In this document: piece by piece, positions 1-13,586 of the stretch
Position numbering within the stretch: position 1 is the first letter of the stretch
Layout of the letters: every line of letters begins with the position of its first letter
From: Lama glama
Taxonomy: Eukaryota
Direction: 5' to 3'
DNA length: 64,000 nucleotides
Assembly: GCA_028534125.1 (NCBI GenBank)
Contig: CM052816.1
Coordinates: forward strand, 88,042,001 to 88,106,000
The notes under the pieces: generated by a model
What the model was told of the DNA's origin: nothing
Database searches by the model: none
Seen by the model: the letters and a program-made list of their open reading frames with translations, nothing else
Position numbers and translations under genes: made by a program

Positions 1-2149
1 CATAGATAAAATTCACTTTTATTCCAAGTAAAGATTCTCTTGCTGACAATTTGATAAAAATAGTTTATTGTCTGGGAATGTTTTGTTACCTAAGACCTGG
101 CTTTGTGAAGAATGTTTTACAGCTTTGGAAATGTAGGAAAGAAATTATTTTAACCTTCTCCTCCCATATTTTTCCTCCCAAATCCAGGCGCCATGCCAAT
201 GACCTCTCAAACTTTTACCGAAGTACCTATTAATATACTATGACACTCTCAAATGATATAATGCAATCTGGATGAGCTACAGTTGTAAAATATGACAATC
301 TGAGAAAATAGTTAGGATGCCCCTCACATGTAACCACATATGCCATATTCAAGGAGAAAAGAAAGATGAAAGAGAACGTTGGGTGAATAGTATATTCTTT
401 TTCTTTCAAGGGATGTGTAATATATCCAAGCACATCAGCTTTGTTGCTCCCAAGCATTGCAAATGGTCTTTGTTCTCTGCTCTTCCTTGGCATAACTCGG
501 AGGAGGTGTGGGCCTTTTTGAGATGGATTTCTCCCTTCTTAAACAGAAGCTGAAATATTTCCAGATGATAAATAACGCTGGGTCTGTAACACAGGCAGGG
601 GAGTTCTCAACTCAAATTGGGCTGTTAGAGGGAATTCCCAGCCTGGCAAAGTGGCATTCCTCTTGCTCAAATGACAACAATCAAGGTAGAAAGAACAAAT
701 GAGTCCCCTCAGGGAGGAGAATGGAATAGAATGTCAAATATCCTTGGACATTCAGTGGCTTCCGAAAGAGAGAAATTTTGCATGATGACATTACTCAGGC
801 AGAGTCACAGATCATCTCTGTGTCTGGTCTGCTTTTGACAATAAACAAAGCCTTATACATAATCTAATCACTTTGTCGCCGATACAATGGCTGCTGTGAT
901 GTTCCCGAGAATTAAGCAACTGCAAAAGAAGAAAGACTAAGTATTTTAAGTTCACCAGGGAGAATGTAGCAAATTTAGTTTGTTCTGTACATAGTGAAAT
1001 TATCTCAGCCAAAGAAATTCACATAGAACCTTCTCATACTCATTTTGGCCAGTTTATCTGAATAAATCCTGTATATAAATAAAAGCTGCAGTATTACTGC
1101 GTTATCTCATTCACTAACTGCTGGATCATGATATTAAACCATTCCACAGCCTTCATAATCATTGATTTGAAAACTGGAAATGAGTATTACCACTTACATG
1201 CTGTCATTACCCCAAAATTTACTGAGGCCCATCCCGTACAAGGAACCTTTCCCTTACGTTGAATGTGTTTATAGATTAAGTTGGCAGAAGATGTCTGTAA
1301 TTTGTGTTACAAGGATCTCAGTGTTAAGTAGGGCACACTGTCATGGTACCACATTGGCTCATAGATATTTAAAAACTGAAGAAGAGATGTTCTAAGACAG
1401 AATAGTAAAGACTTAAAAACACATCAGGAAGTTTCTTGTTCTAGCAGATACATGTATTGTTCTAGCAGATACAAGCATTCAGACTGGGGGCCTAGTTCCC
1501 TGAAAATAAGATGATGACAAGCAGATAAGAAAATATTAACATGCATGATCCTTTTAAATGTAAAGAAAATAAATACACAAAATCCAAATGCAATGATTCA
1601 ACTTGCTTGGATCTATGTTCAAGAAAAAAGAAAGAAAGAACTGGAAAAAAAAAAAAACATTTGGAGAGACATGAGGAGACATTTGAATCTGGCTGGTTGT
1701 TGGATCATGGTAGGTATAACCCTGATAGGGATGGCGTGGAGGGCATCAGACAGTTTAGCCAATTTCTGCAAACTAGTAAGTGGGTTAAGGATTGGCGCCT
1801 GGTCAAACAAGTTCAGAAAAGCTACACGTGTTTATATTTAAAGGAATCTAGCTAAGGAGGGACAACTCTGAAAAAGACTCAAAAATGCTAATTAAGAGAA
1901 AAGGAAAAAGACATGCAGGGTGAAACAGAGATCAACTGAGTCTGTGTGGGAATTTCTCCTACCTGCATGGTAATGCATGGAATCCAGGTGTAAATGAGCA
2001 GAATATAAACACTAAAAAAATTCTTTTTTAAATTTCTGAAAAGAATCTGAAAGAAATGAGGCGGCAGTAGAACTCAATTGCGGTTAGAATGTACTCAGTC
2101 AAATATCTGAAATTAAAAGGAATGATCGATTTTCTTTCCATTCATCCTA

Positions 2150-2317
2150 GGACAAAACTGTAATCAATAAATTCAACCTGCAAGTTCAAAACTCCATCTT
2201 TAAATATGAACAGACTACTGAAAGTCATCAGATACTTGAGGAAGGCCAGCAATATGAAGGACAAAGACTCAAATTGCAAAAACAGGAAAGTAATCTTGAA
2301 GGAGCAGATAATTTAGG

Positions 2318-2362
<45 letters not shown>

Positions 2363-3300
2363 TTAGAGTCCTCAAAAAGATCCAAGAATTCCTAGTGTCT
2401 GTAAAATAAGAGCATGATTCCATTAAAAGGGAACATTAATAGAAAAGGAAAGAAATCTTGGAAATTAATATGTTGTGGTATGTGTGTGTGCACACATGGA
2501 TATATCTTTATTAGCTTTGAAAATGAAGAAAATAATCAATAATAATTGTAAGATAAATTTTAATTTTTCACAAAATAGACCAAATGATATAGAAATTAAT
2601 AATTGTAGAAAATTATATTATTTATAGAAGGTACATGAGGTCTAACATTAAATGTATGAATTCCAGATATACAACAACAAGAAAAAACAGAGGATAGAAC
2701 ATAATCATTGAAATAATCATAGAAGGAAATTTCTCAGTGCTGAAGGAAACAGTTTTTGAATTGAAAGAGGTGACTACGTGCAATAAAACACAACAGTATC
2801 AACTCACATTGGAGACAATGTTTAAAGGACAAACACACACAAATCCATACTTGGAGATAAGGGGGACAGTGTTCTAAATAATTAGAATACCAAAATAAAA
2901 ATAAGATTGAAAAGATTTTAGAGGAAAATAAAAAGGAAGAGAAAAAACAGTTTCTTTACCTGCAATGGAAATATTATCAGACAGACACAAGTTTTACCTT
3001 TGGTTTACAGAAGACAATGGATCAATCCCTTTAAATGTGTGAAGGGATAATATTTCCAAATTAGAACTATACGCCCAGACAATAATTAAGTAACTGTGAA
3101 GGTAAAAAAAAAGAGGCATTTCTGACGTGTGAAGACTTAAGTAACTTGCCTCTTACAGACACACTCTCAGGAAGTTATGGGAGATTGGCGGCAAAAAACA
3201 AATTAGTAAACTAATATGAAAGAAAATGGAAAATCCAGGAAATAGTGTTTCAAGACAGGAGATTAATAAGGAAAAATGCCAGGTTGGAAATTATGCAAAT
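2150..3300 (+). mobile_element. Old L1/HAL1-like element, degenerate ORF1 region
   Basis: A-rich sense strand with segments resembling the L1ME/HAL1 ORF1 C-terminus (agaagacaatgg...ttagaactatacgcccag...gtgaaggtaaaa); many stops; boundaries approximate. Confidence 0.6.
2322..2360. repeat. (AC)n microsatellite, about 19 units
   Basis: Uninterrupted acacac run. Confidence 0.97.
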
Positions 3301-3570
3301 GCCCTAGTTTGGAGTAGATAGAGGGCCCCCTGAAGGAGGTATGTTGTAAAAAGGAGATTTGGGGTTGGTCCTGATAAATGGGGTAAGCGTAAAGGTATGA
3401 AAAAGATCTCAAGGAAACTCCACATGCAAAATGAAAATATAGTAATCATATAGGCATTGTAGGTTATTTGGCTATGGAACAAAAATATGAATATTATAAT
3501 GATCAAAAGACTGTTTTTTGTTTGGCTTTATGCTTTTGCATTAACTGATAGACAAGCCTTTGAAGGTTTA

Positions 3571-4044
3571 TGCATTTATCAGGGTTTTCCAGAGAAACAG
3601 ACAGTAGGATATATATATTGATTTATTATCAGAAATTGGCTTGAAAAATTATGGAGTCTAAGTCCCAATATTTGCAGCCAGCAGCCTGGAGACCTGGAGA
3701 GCATACGTTGTTGTTCCATTGCAAAAGCCACAGACTCAAGACTCAGAACTGATGGTTCAGTTCAACTCTGAAGGCAGGATAAAAACCAACATACCAGCTT
3801 TAAGACACCCAGGAAGGAGGCATCCCCTCTCACTCAAGGAAGGGTCAGCTTGTCTGTTCTTTTCAGGTCTTCAGTTGATTGCATGAGACCCACATATAAG
3901 GGACAATGATCTACTTTACTTAGTCTATTTGATTCAAGCGGTATTCTCATCCAGGACCATTCTCACTGATCCAAGAATAGTCTTTGACCAAAGTCTGAGC
4001 ATCCTATGAGCCAGTCTAGTTAAGATATAAAATTAACCACCATA
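3571..4044 (-). mobile_element. MLT2-family (ERVL) solo LTR
   Basis: Starts tgcatttatcagggttttccagagaaacag and ends gatataaaattaaccaccata, the reverse complement of MLT2 termini. Perfect 5-bp TSD gttta at 3566-3570 and 4045-4049. Confidence 0.85.
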
Positions 4045-7000
4045 GTTTACTTTTAAAAAGAGAACAAACTGACAAATCTTTGGGCCTAATTCTGTATAAT
4101 ACAGACAACGGAATGTGTGGAACCTGAGGGTGAGATGGGAAAGGCGTTATAAGGGGGTATAAATGTGTTAATGCTATAATATTAGAAAATAGAGAACTAC
4201 AGTTACATTCTGTGGCTGAATTCAGAAACAAAGATACACATACACTATTTAGACCAGAGCTTCATTAATAATAAGTAGAAGAGATGATGTAACAACTCTA
4301 TCAGAAAAAGGTGGCCTGGGGTTTGAAAGTCAACAGGGATTATATAAATTGATAAAGAAATACTATTATAACACTTATTCATTTAACAAATATTCACTTT
4401 TGTGTTTTTTTAGTAAGAATGCAACAGAAATTTAAAAAGCGAATTGTCCTGGTGAACGAGACTGAAAAAAGGAGGGTAAAGTTGAGTGTCACAAGCTTTT
4501 CCATACTCTGATTTTAGCCATTTCAATTACTTTGATGGAAATACTTGTGATTAACTTGAGTAGATACAATAAATTCCTATGTATTCATACAGCAAATTGT
4601 TTATAATATAATCCACCTAAAAAGCAGATTATAAAACAATCTGTTGTGTACCATAATACCTATAGACACATGATTAGTAATTTGCAGGTAAATGCACCAA
4701 ATCAAGTATTTGTTGAACACAATTTTTGATTTTCCGGCAAAAACTTACCTTTTTGAAAATCAGACAGTTCACCTCCCAGCATACTCCATGCTTTCCTCAT
4801 GCCTCGTAACCACCCCTTATCCTGCAAATGGAAATAAAACCACTGCTGGATATAGAGATATAAAAAGCATTTTCCATCTTATGTGCACTTTTCAACCCAG
4901 AGAAAATAAGAACAAATTTCTTTTTTTGTGTGCAGCCATTTCTAAAATATAATCAGAGAGATGCTAGTAAACACTTAACTTTAGATTAGCTTTCTCAAAA
5001 CTTTTGGGCCCTGGCATTCAGATTCGCTTACACTCGGAAGCTCGTCCTCACTATCTTTTTTAAGCTTCTCTTGGCGTCTCATTTCCACGCTCCATCTGAG
5101 ATGACTTGGAAAACATCACAAAATGACAACAGCTCTTCTACAAAACAACTGCCTGGACAGTGCACATTTCTATAGCCACCATTTATGGAACTCTGTTTCT
5201 GGGAGAAATTTTATTTTAAGTGTCAACACTGAAAGATGATATTATTGGAGCTGGCTGCTTCAGTCAGTAAATACAGTCAGCACCTACTCAGAAACAGCTT
5301 TTTTTAAAAAAAAAATAATAATTGGAATAAGAAACATTTCTTGCCGTTACTTTTAAAATGCTATAAAGGAAAATAATTTTATCCTCGTGGAAGTATTCGT
5401 TTGCTGTCAGTGTGGCTGAAAGCCCCTGTGTTAAGTGGTGTTATCTGATTTCTGTAGTTAACACAACCCAAAGGTGAAGCTAAGCATGTCGATCCTTCTG
5501 TAATCCTCCCTCCTTCTTTATGCAAAAGGGACTAAATAGCTTCAGAAGGTAAACTGAGCCTGAGCTGCATTGCTGAAAGGTTTAAGGAACCGATTTCGTC
5601 AAGTTCTAAAATCATTCATGATTCAGAATTTCTTACTTAATAAAAATTACCATATTTTGGACTTGATAACTACCCTTTTATTCTAAGGAATTAAGCAGGA
5701 GAACAAACACATTCATCACATCATTTATGAAAGGATAAACGAAACCCATTGAATCATTCAACTTCCTTGAAATGAATAGAATGTAGATATTAGAAAATAA
5801 TTCTGAAGAATCTCAAATTACACTGAAAAATGATTATGGTATATTGTTATTGAAAATGTGGACTCATTTCTTATTTTTATATCATGTGTATATGTAATTA
5901 TGGTCAAAGAATGTTATACATAAAGATAAAAGCATATACACATATATTTATGTATATACTCTTTCAGATATGTATATACCTGCATATGAATATATGTGTG
6001 TATGTATATAATGGAAAGTATATAAAATGATAAAAGAAGTTATCTCTTGGTAAGGGAATGATGAGGATTTTCATGTTAGTTCGTAACACTCTCTATTCAA
6101 ATTATTTCATATGTGATACAAAGAAAATTCTACAGTACCAAACATCTGGCCAACATCATTTATTTAATATTAGAATTGACGTTGGGAAAATACCTATACT
6201 TTTAGCTAGTCACCCATGTGCTGGATTCATCAATACTGAATAAATAATTTTAAACATTGCCCGTCAATGCTGACTACTGCAGGTGATCATCTTTAAGGCA
6301 TTGTCGTGCAACGAAGTGCAGTAACAATTCTAATCCTCTCAAGAATTTTACATTCTTCAACTTCATTTTCAGCTCAAAAATTTAACGTGTTGTACATATT
6401 TTTTCTGAAGCTTTAATCTCTGCAAAACCCAGCTTTAAATGAGGAGGAAAAGGTGGAACTGTAAGGAGTAGCAAGAACTGAATTTAACTTGGATTTTGAA
6501 TAGAGCCAAAAACACATTTGCTTTTTCATTCTTACGTTCATTTGAAAACAGAGCTGATTTTAGCTAAATGAAGATTTTTTTGGTAACTCGACTTGGATCC
6601 CATTGTGAAAACCTACTTAGAATTTTCTCTTGCTTCCCACAATGTCACCACTTGCTCTTTTGGAGCCGCTGGCAAAATGGAGCCAGTTTATGAAGTCATC
6701 GCTTTTGCATTGGGCTTGCCTGTCTTACATCTTTAGATAAATTTGAAAGTAAAAGCAGTGCCCACTGTGCTGACTATGTTTAATATAACGGATGAAATTT
6801 GTAATTTGAAATTCCTAAGTTCAAAGAACATTTATCGACAGCTTGATTTTCCGCTTGAATCTTCCTATGCTTCATAGCAGTTTATAAAAAATTAGGAGGA
6901 AAAACACTTCCTCCTGCCATTCATAGCAATTTGCCTTAGACTGGAGTAAAATACATAGACATTTGTAAAAAAAAAAATCAAAACCTGGTGCTCCCTTATG

Positions 7001-7731
7001 GTTTTCTCATTGTTTAAATTAGATCATTTACCCAGTTTAAATCCTTCGCTCACACTTTTATACAAACACACTTTCAGAGACATTTCGAAGTAAATACAAA
7101 TTCACAAAATGAATAAGTTCATTTTGATGACATTAATATGAGAGATGATGTTATTTGACTGACCCTAAAGCAGAATGTTGAGTTTAAGAGCAAAGATGGA
7201 GCCACAGCTGAGCTTCTGTATTTGTATCATGATATTAATACTAAAACACAGAAAGCCTACTTGAAAAGGATATTTATATAATGTGAAATATTTTTAAAGC
7301 TTTGTGGTTGTGTTGAAACATAAAAAATTTAAAAATTTAAAAGCGTAACATTTTCACTTTAGCCAATCTGTTAACTGGAATGAGCTTTTAAAAATAAAAA
7401 CTTGGACATTGAAATCAGATGGCTGTATCTAAATGAGTGAGAATGGTTTAAAACACTTTAAAGCAGCATCTGGATGAAAAATGTATTATTTATAAGAACA
7501 TTTACTCTCTATAATTTAAATAGAATACAAATTTATATTACATATAAGATATATATAGTAGTATACATGTTCCGAGATAACTATGTATAATGAGCTATTT
7601 ATATCATATAATACTATGTGTATATATATTTATTCTTGGATAATTTATAGATCTCCAAGACTATGTCTATCTTACATTAATTCTTGGACTCCAGTTTGAA
7701 AAACACTGAATTACAGTTTCACAATGATAAT

Positions 7732-7852
7732 GTATTTTTTTTAATATTTAATTTTATTTTTTAATTGAAGTATAATCAATTACAATGTGTCAGTCTCTGG
7801 TGTACAGCACAATGTCCCAGTCATGTATATACAGACATATATTCATTTTCAT
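7732..7852 (-). mobile_element. Very short 5'-truncated L1 3' end
   Basis: T-rich tail followed by aattgaagtataatcaattacaatgtgtcagtctctggtgtacagcac, similar to the L1 3' ends at 37935 and 57170. Candidate TSD atgataat at 7724-7731 and 7853-7860. Confidence 0.75.
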
Positions 7853-8469
7853 ATGATAATTTCTTTTCTTTTTGGGCCTCTCTCTTATGATATTTCTGTG
7901 TATCTTATTCCATGCTGTGTTATAGTGAATTATACATTTGTTGAATTTCAAAAGAAATAGCAGAAATTCAAAACTTTTCTATACATAATATATTTATAAC
8001 CTATTTATATATACACATATATATAGAATGTTTCAAATATATAGAATGAATTAGAACTAGCCATTTCTCTGTGACTGTGAAAGGGTAATCAGTGATTCTA
8101 CCCATCATTTAGCTGAGTAATATTGAATAACTCATTGAGAGTCTGTTTGTTAAACTGAGATAGTTACCATACCTACCTGAAACCATCTTGGTATCCCAAA
8201 ACTCTCCTCTCTTTTCAAGTGAAAAAGCTCATTGTTTTCTGAGTTTTTTTTTTTTTTTTAATCTTAACTCTCACTGGACTCACATCATTGATTTTTATCT
8301 TCAGCATATTTGGAAAGAGTATGATTTAATATTTATGAACTAATTTGTTTTTATTACAACAATTATTTAAAATGAAACAGTAAATAGTAAATACACTTGA
8401 GTTGTGCATTTCATTGTATGAAAATTTTATCCCCCAAAGTACATAAAAGAAGTAAGCACAAAGGGTCAA

Positions 8470-8720
8470 AATAATTGTATTTTTGCATGTTGATATATTT
8501 GGGGGCTGCACTTCTGATCTCTGTAATGCATCGAGAAATAAGATGGATTGACAGAAAAATGAAAGAATAGGTATGTGACCTATCTATGCGATTCAAAGAT
8601 AAATGGTGGAATCTCTGAGATGTATAGGTATTTATTGGTGTGCACCACACATTTGTTTCAACTTTTTTGTTTGTTTAAAATGTTTATAATCAAAAAGTTG
8701 ATGAAAAAAAAAAAGAAAAA
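8470..8720 (+). mobile_element. Old L1 (L1MC/ME-like) 3' end with poly(A)
   Basis: tttcaactttttt-gtttgtttaaaatgtttataatcaaaaagttg followed by an A-run, a typical old L1 3' terminus. Confidence 0.6.
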
Positions 8721-8808
8721 AGGAACCATAAGGATTTTCTTTAACTTCTCTGATAAAAAAATACATTGCAGGTATGGCTTTTATATGTGGGATCATCTCT
8801 TTAATGGT

Positions 8809-8852
8809 GTTTCTCTGTCTCTCTCTTTCTCTGTCTCTCTCCCTCCCTAAAG
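8809..8852 (+). promoter_or_regulatory. Polypyrimidine tract and AAG splice acceptor of the cadherin exon
   Basis: About 40 nt of (CT)-rich sequence ending ccctaaAG directly before the in-frame ctc cat tct gac. Confidence 0.85.
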
Positions 8853-9147
8853 CTCCATTCTGACTTAGATAAGGGAGAGGGCACTGTCAAATATACCCTC
8901 TCGGGAGATGGCGCTGGCACGGTTTTTACCATTGACGAAACTACAGGGGACATTCATGCAATACGGAGCCTGGACAGAGAAGAAAAGCCTTTCTATACAC
9001 TCCGAGCTCAGGCTGTGGACATAGAAACTAGGAAGCCCCTCGAGCCTGAATCAGAATTCATCATCAAAGTGCAGGACATTAATGATAATGAGCCCAAGTT
9101 TTTGGATGGACCTTACATTGCCAGTGTCCCAGAAATGTCTCCTGTGG
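8853..9147 (+). CDS. CDH12: Internal coding exon (295 bp, phase 0 to phase 1) of type II cadherin CDH12: EC1 domain and start of EC2
   Basis: Open frame from 8853 translates to [98 protein letters not shown](G), with the cadherin motifs LDRE, DINDNEP and PE. It is flanked by a CT-rich tract plus AG (8851-8852) and a GTGAGT donor (9148-9153). The peptide matches recalled CDH12 almost exactly. Confidence 0.95.
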
Positions 9148-12100
9148 GTGAGTAGGCAAATCAAAATTCTGTCAATTGCTACGAGGCCTTTGCAACATTT
9201 ATTTTCTGCAGGTTGACGTAAACATCATATTTATAACCCAGAAGATTATTCTTCCACTTAGAGGACCCAGTTATTTTCACTTACTTTTCCAAGTTTTTCT
9301 TTTTTCTACTTAATATTTTTTTCTTCCTGCTCCATTGTAAATGTATAAATAGATACATAAACAGCTAAGATATATAACATCCTTCACTATTTTACAATCG
9401 TTGCATTTCCCAGAGCTCATGGAATACCTTTGGACTTGAAGTACATAACTCACTTTGTACTGAAATTGATTGTCATTACAAATTCTGACGCCTACACAGT
9501 GCTGGAGGTAACTACCACACATACACCAAATGCCAGGTAGTAAGTCTTGGCTCCAAATACATTATCCAAAGCATTGCATCTGAATCTGGAAATAGTTCGG
9601 TAAGGGTTGTGCTGCATCCTTTGTAGCTATCCACAGAGATTCCGAAAAAAAGCTATTGTGCCTTTTGCATCTGTAAGTAATTTATAGTAGCTATTCCATC
9701 AAACTAAAAAGCAAATATCATTATTAAGTCTTTACTAGAATAAATTTACAATTAGTCTACAGTATTAGCATCATTCTTCATAATTTAAATATAATATAAA
9801 TTCACATTTCAATAGCCACCTACATTTACAAAATCCTATAATAAGTATTTTAAAGTCAATGAGTTAAGAATTCCAGCTTTAATGACAATTTTAAATTATA
9901 ATTTTTATTCCTTAATCACCACTGCCAATCCCTCAATTGATTTTATGGTAACTTCTGGTTTCTAGCACATTGGTAAGATAAAGCTACTCATCACTTCAAG
10001 ATTTCAACTTGTAATTCTCGCATGTGAGCCATTGTTAACATTTCCTAAGTCTGACATTTCTCAGAGGGCTTCTGCTGCCCCCACAATCATCCCAGGCATG
10101 CAAAGAAGATTGCACAGACTACCCTGAGGGCAGAAGCAGGTTCGTGGCTGCAGGAGTGTCACAGGGATTTACCATAAATGCTCTTGAAATTGTGTCTGTG
10201 ACCTTATCAGGCATTCAAAGACCATATTCTCTCCTTGACCTAAGAAATCAGCTCAGAGGAGTTCACTTCGATTTAAAATTCTTGTGTGCATACTCAGGGC
10301 TGCAAATCTTTTATTCAGTTTCTGCTACTTTTTTTTTTTTTTTTGAGCTGCCTCTTTTAAGCGGTGCTATGATTGCTAGAGATTTAGAAGTACAATTGGG
10401 AAAATGTCTTATTAGAAGGTAGTCCCTTGAAAATGGGGAAGAACTGTTTTTGAAGTTGTGCCTTGATTTTACAAGGGGAGAAAAATGAAGGTAGTATTTT
10501 AAGGAAAAGTATGACTTTTAAGAAGACAGTGCAATTCTGTACATAAATGCTTTAAACCAGTACTTACTTCATGTAAATTGGAAATATTTACATAAATTTA
10601 TGACCCTTAGTGGCTCTTTATTACTGACACAGCATCCTTAAAGCAAATACACACATCCCTCTACAGCATTAGAAAATTCTGTCTTATTAGATAACAATTA
10701 GGTCTTTTGTTGTGCCAATTAGGATAAAGGATAAGGCTTCAGGGCTGAGCCTTTGTATAAGGAGTTTGCAGCTAGTGCCTGAAGAGAGAAACAAATCTGG
10801 AAAATCAGGCCAAGGGTAGGTGAGTGAGAGAACAAAGTGGTCCCACCTTTCACGTGGTACTGGGCTGAGACATAATTTGCTGTGTGGCTGTGAGTTATCA
10901 AAAAGATCTATGGAAGAATAGGTTCTTTAAAATGTTCTGTCATGCACCATTACTGAAATTCCTCATTGATTATTCAAGAGACCTCAGTAAATACCGAAAC
11001 TGATTTTCAATGCACCATCCCGTTTTAATTTTTTTCCAATAACAGAGTATTTCTTTTAAACATGAAACCATATCATATGCCAGGAATTCATCCAGGTATT
11101 TCTGGAGCACATTTACATAATATGCCCTTCTCAAATAAATACTAAGAGGTTTAAACACCACTTAACAAGTTCAATATTAGAAATTAAATACCTATTGTGC
11201 ACTGCTTTTGCCACTCTCCAGAATCCTGCCTATACACATACTACCAAAAACCATTCATTAACAGGGGACCCAGTTAGATTTATGGTATTTGTTGTTTCTG
11301 CCTTTACCTGACCAACTTAGGGCTCACGAAACGTGCTCAGCTACCAGGCATCCCATCCATGTTCCTGGAGCATCTGGACTCCATTTTCAAGCACATTCTT
11401 TTCACCATATGGACACAGTGTACTGCTCTAAGTCACTTTGTCCAATGATTATTCTTCTCTTTTCTTTCTCCACATCCCACATAATCCATTCCTGCCTCTG
11501 TATCATTTTCCTTGGAATACTAAAATAATTTTTTGTTGAGACCAGATAGAACTCACCATGGTGTATTGGACAGTGTGGATATTGTTTCAGCAAATCTTGC
11601 TGTCGATTTTATATACCTAAGTTTGAGATATTCTCTAGGAAATAATTGTCCTTTCCCAATAAGTGAGAATCTAACTATTTCATTTTTAATAAAAGATTCA
11701 ACCAATTTAAAAATGTATATAGTAAAATAGCTTACTTTGTAACACGAAAGATCAAGAAATAGCCTATTAGGCAAATGTCAATTTAGCAATAATGGATTGT
11801 ACATCTGAAACTATAATGAACAATGAAACCTGGAATAAAAATTAACTAACATGGAAAATTATAAAGAACATAACTCTTCAAAGAAGGGAAGATGGTGAGC
11901 AGAGTGGGTAGAGATCTCAGAGGAAAATCAATATTTAAGACTTACAAGACTATGGAATATATTCAGTTCCCGAAAGCTGAAGACAATTCTAGTGAATCTG
12001 AATTGTTTGAGAGAAAGGTCACTTTGTTACTAACTTGTGATACAGCCAATCTGCCATGGAAGTAGTGTTCACAGATAAAGTGCTTTGACTCTGACCTAAG

Positions 12101-12561
12101 GAAATTACTTAATGATCCAGATATTCCCCAACTCAAAGTTTCTCCTTGGAGACAAATTTGGACGTTATGAATGTGGTCTTTATTCTTTAAGATCACTGGA
12201 GTAACAATGAATTACAGTAATGTGCCCTCTTTAATATCTGATGATTATGCATCAGTAAGGCATTCAGTTTAAGTTACTCTTTCTAGCGTGCTGACAGGTT
12301 TAACATCTTTAAATCCGCATGCATACTTGTCTTATCTTTCTCTGTTTGAGCTAAGCCATTTTGAGGCCCTGATTGGGTTATTCGTAACCAAGTCCCTATA
12401 ACATAAGTTTTACGGGTGTTAATTGTGAGTCATAATTTTTGTAGTAAGACCTAGCATTCCCTGAGCAATAGTTAGGGGCGAGGTGACCTCACAGAGACTG
12501 CATCCCCTGTTTTATTTAACCATTACAATAACTCCGTGCAGGATTGTTTACAATTTGATCT

Positions 12562-12693
12562 TTCTATGAAAACTTAACTCCTGTGTATCAGAAAGTAGGC
12601 ATGACCCTCAGGCTCTTTAGAACAGAGTTCTACGAAAACTTAACTCCTGTGTATCAGAAAGTAGGCATGACCCTCAGGCTCTTTAGAACAGAG
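12562..12693. repeat. Tandem duplication, 2 x 66 bp with one mismatch
   Basis: 12562-12627 and 12628-12693 are identical except ttctaT versus ttctaC. Confidence 0.95.
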
Positions 12694-13169
12694 TTAATTG
12701 CAATCGGCTATGCATTTTTTCAGGCTTAGGGGCTTCTACAATTTCTTTAGGAGCTTTAGATTTAGTTTTTAATCTCAGATGATCTAGTTAAGACTTTGGA
12801 ATGCCTATTACTTTATCGTATTATATTATAATTTGAGGATTGGGGTCCTTGCTTAAAACAAAATCTGAGGAATTCTGACTATACCTAACATTAATTTATG
12901 ACACCATTATTATTTTTTAAACATATATAAATCTCCACGTTTCCTTGCTTTCACAGAAGTGTCATAAAAAGACAAACCCAGGCATGATAAAGCAAATATC
13001 TTAATCATACAGACCAGCCATGGCCCCATAGAGCAGCTCAAGTAGTGTAAGCTGAACAAACTATCAGTGGCTTCTTTCTGTGTCCCATAAGCATAGTCTT
13101 TGTCTGGAGGCTGGAGAAAGAATGTTGGCTGTTTTCTACAAATAAAGACATTTTCCCTGTACAAACAAA

Positions 13170-13586
13170 ATATGATTATTAAAGTCAGGATATCAACATT
13201 GATGCATATTACAATCTAATCCTTTGACCCTATTCAAGCTTCAGTTGTCTCCATACTGCCTTATATAACAAAATATTCCAGGTTAAAATCGCATACCACA
13301 TTTACATGCCAGGTCTCTTTAGTTTCCTTCAGTCTCGAACAGTTCCTTACCTTTTCTTGACTTCGATGACTCTAACAGGTTTGAAGATTTATGGCCAGTT
13401 ATTTTTCAAAATGTCCCTCATATCAGGTCTGTCTGATGTTTCATCATGTGAAAATTGAGTATGTGCATCTTTGTCAGGTGTATCTCAAAGGCATTGCTGT
13501 ATTCTTGTTGCATTCCATCAGGCAGAACATGGTGTTAATTTGCCCTGTTACTAATAATGTTCATTTCTATTAGTTGATGAAGCTTG
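13170..13586 (-). mobile_element. L1MC-like 3' region, left part (interrupted by MLT1)
   Basis: gtctctttagtttccttcagtct...ggccagttattttt...aatgtccctc...gcattccatcagg resembles antisense L1MC4/5 3' UTR; continues at about 15790. Confidence 0.65.
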
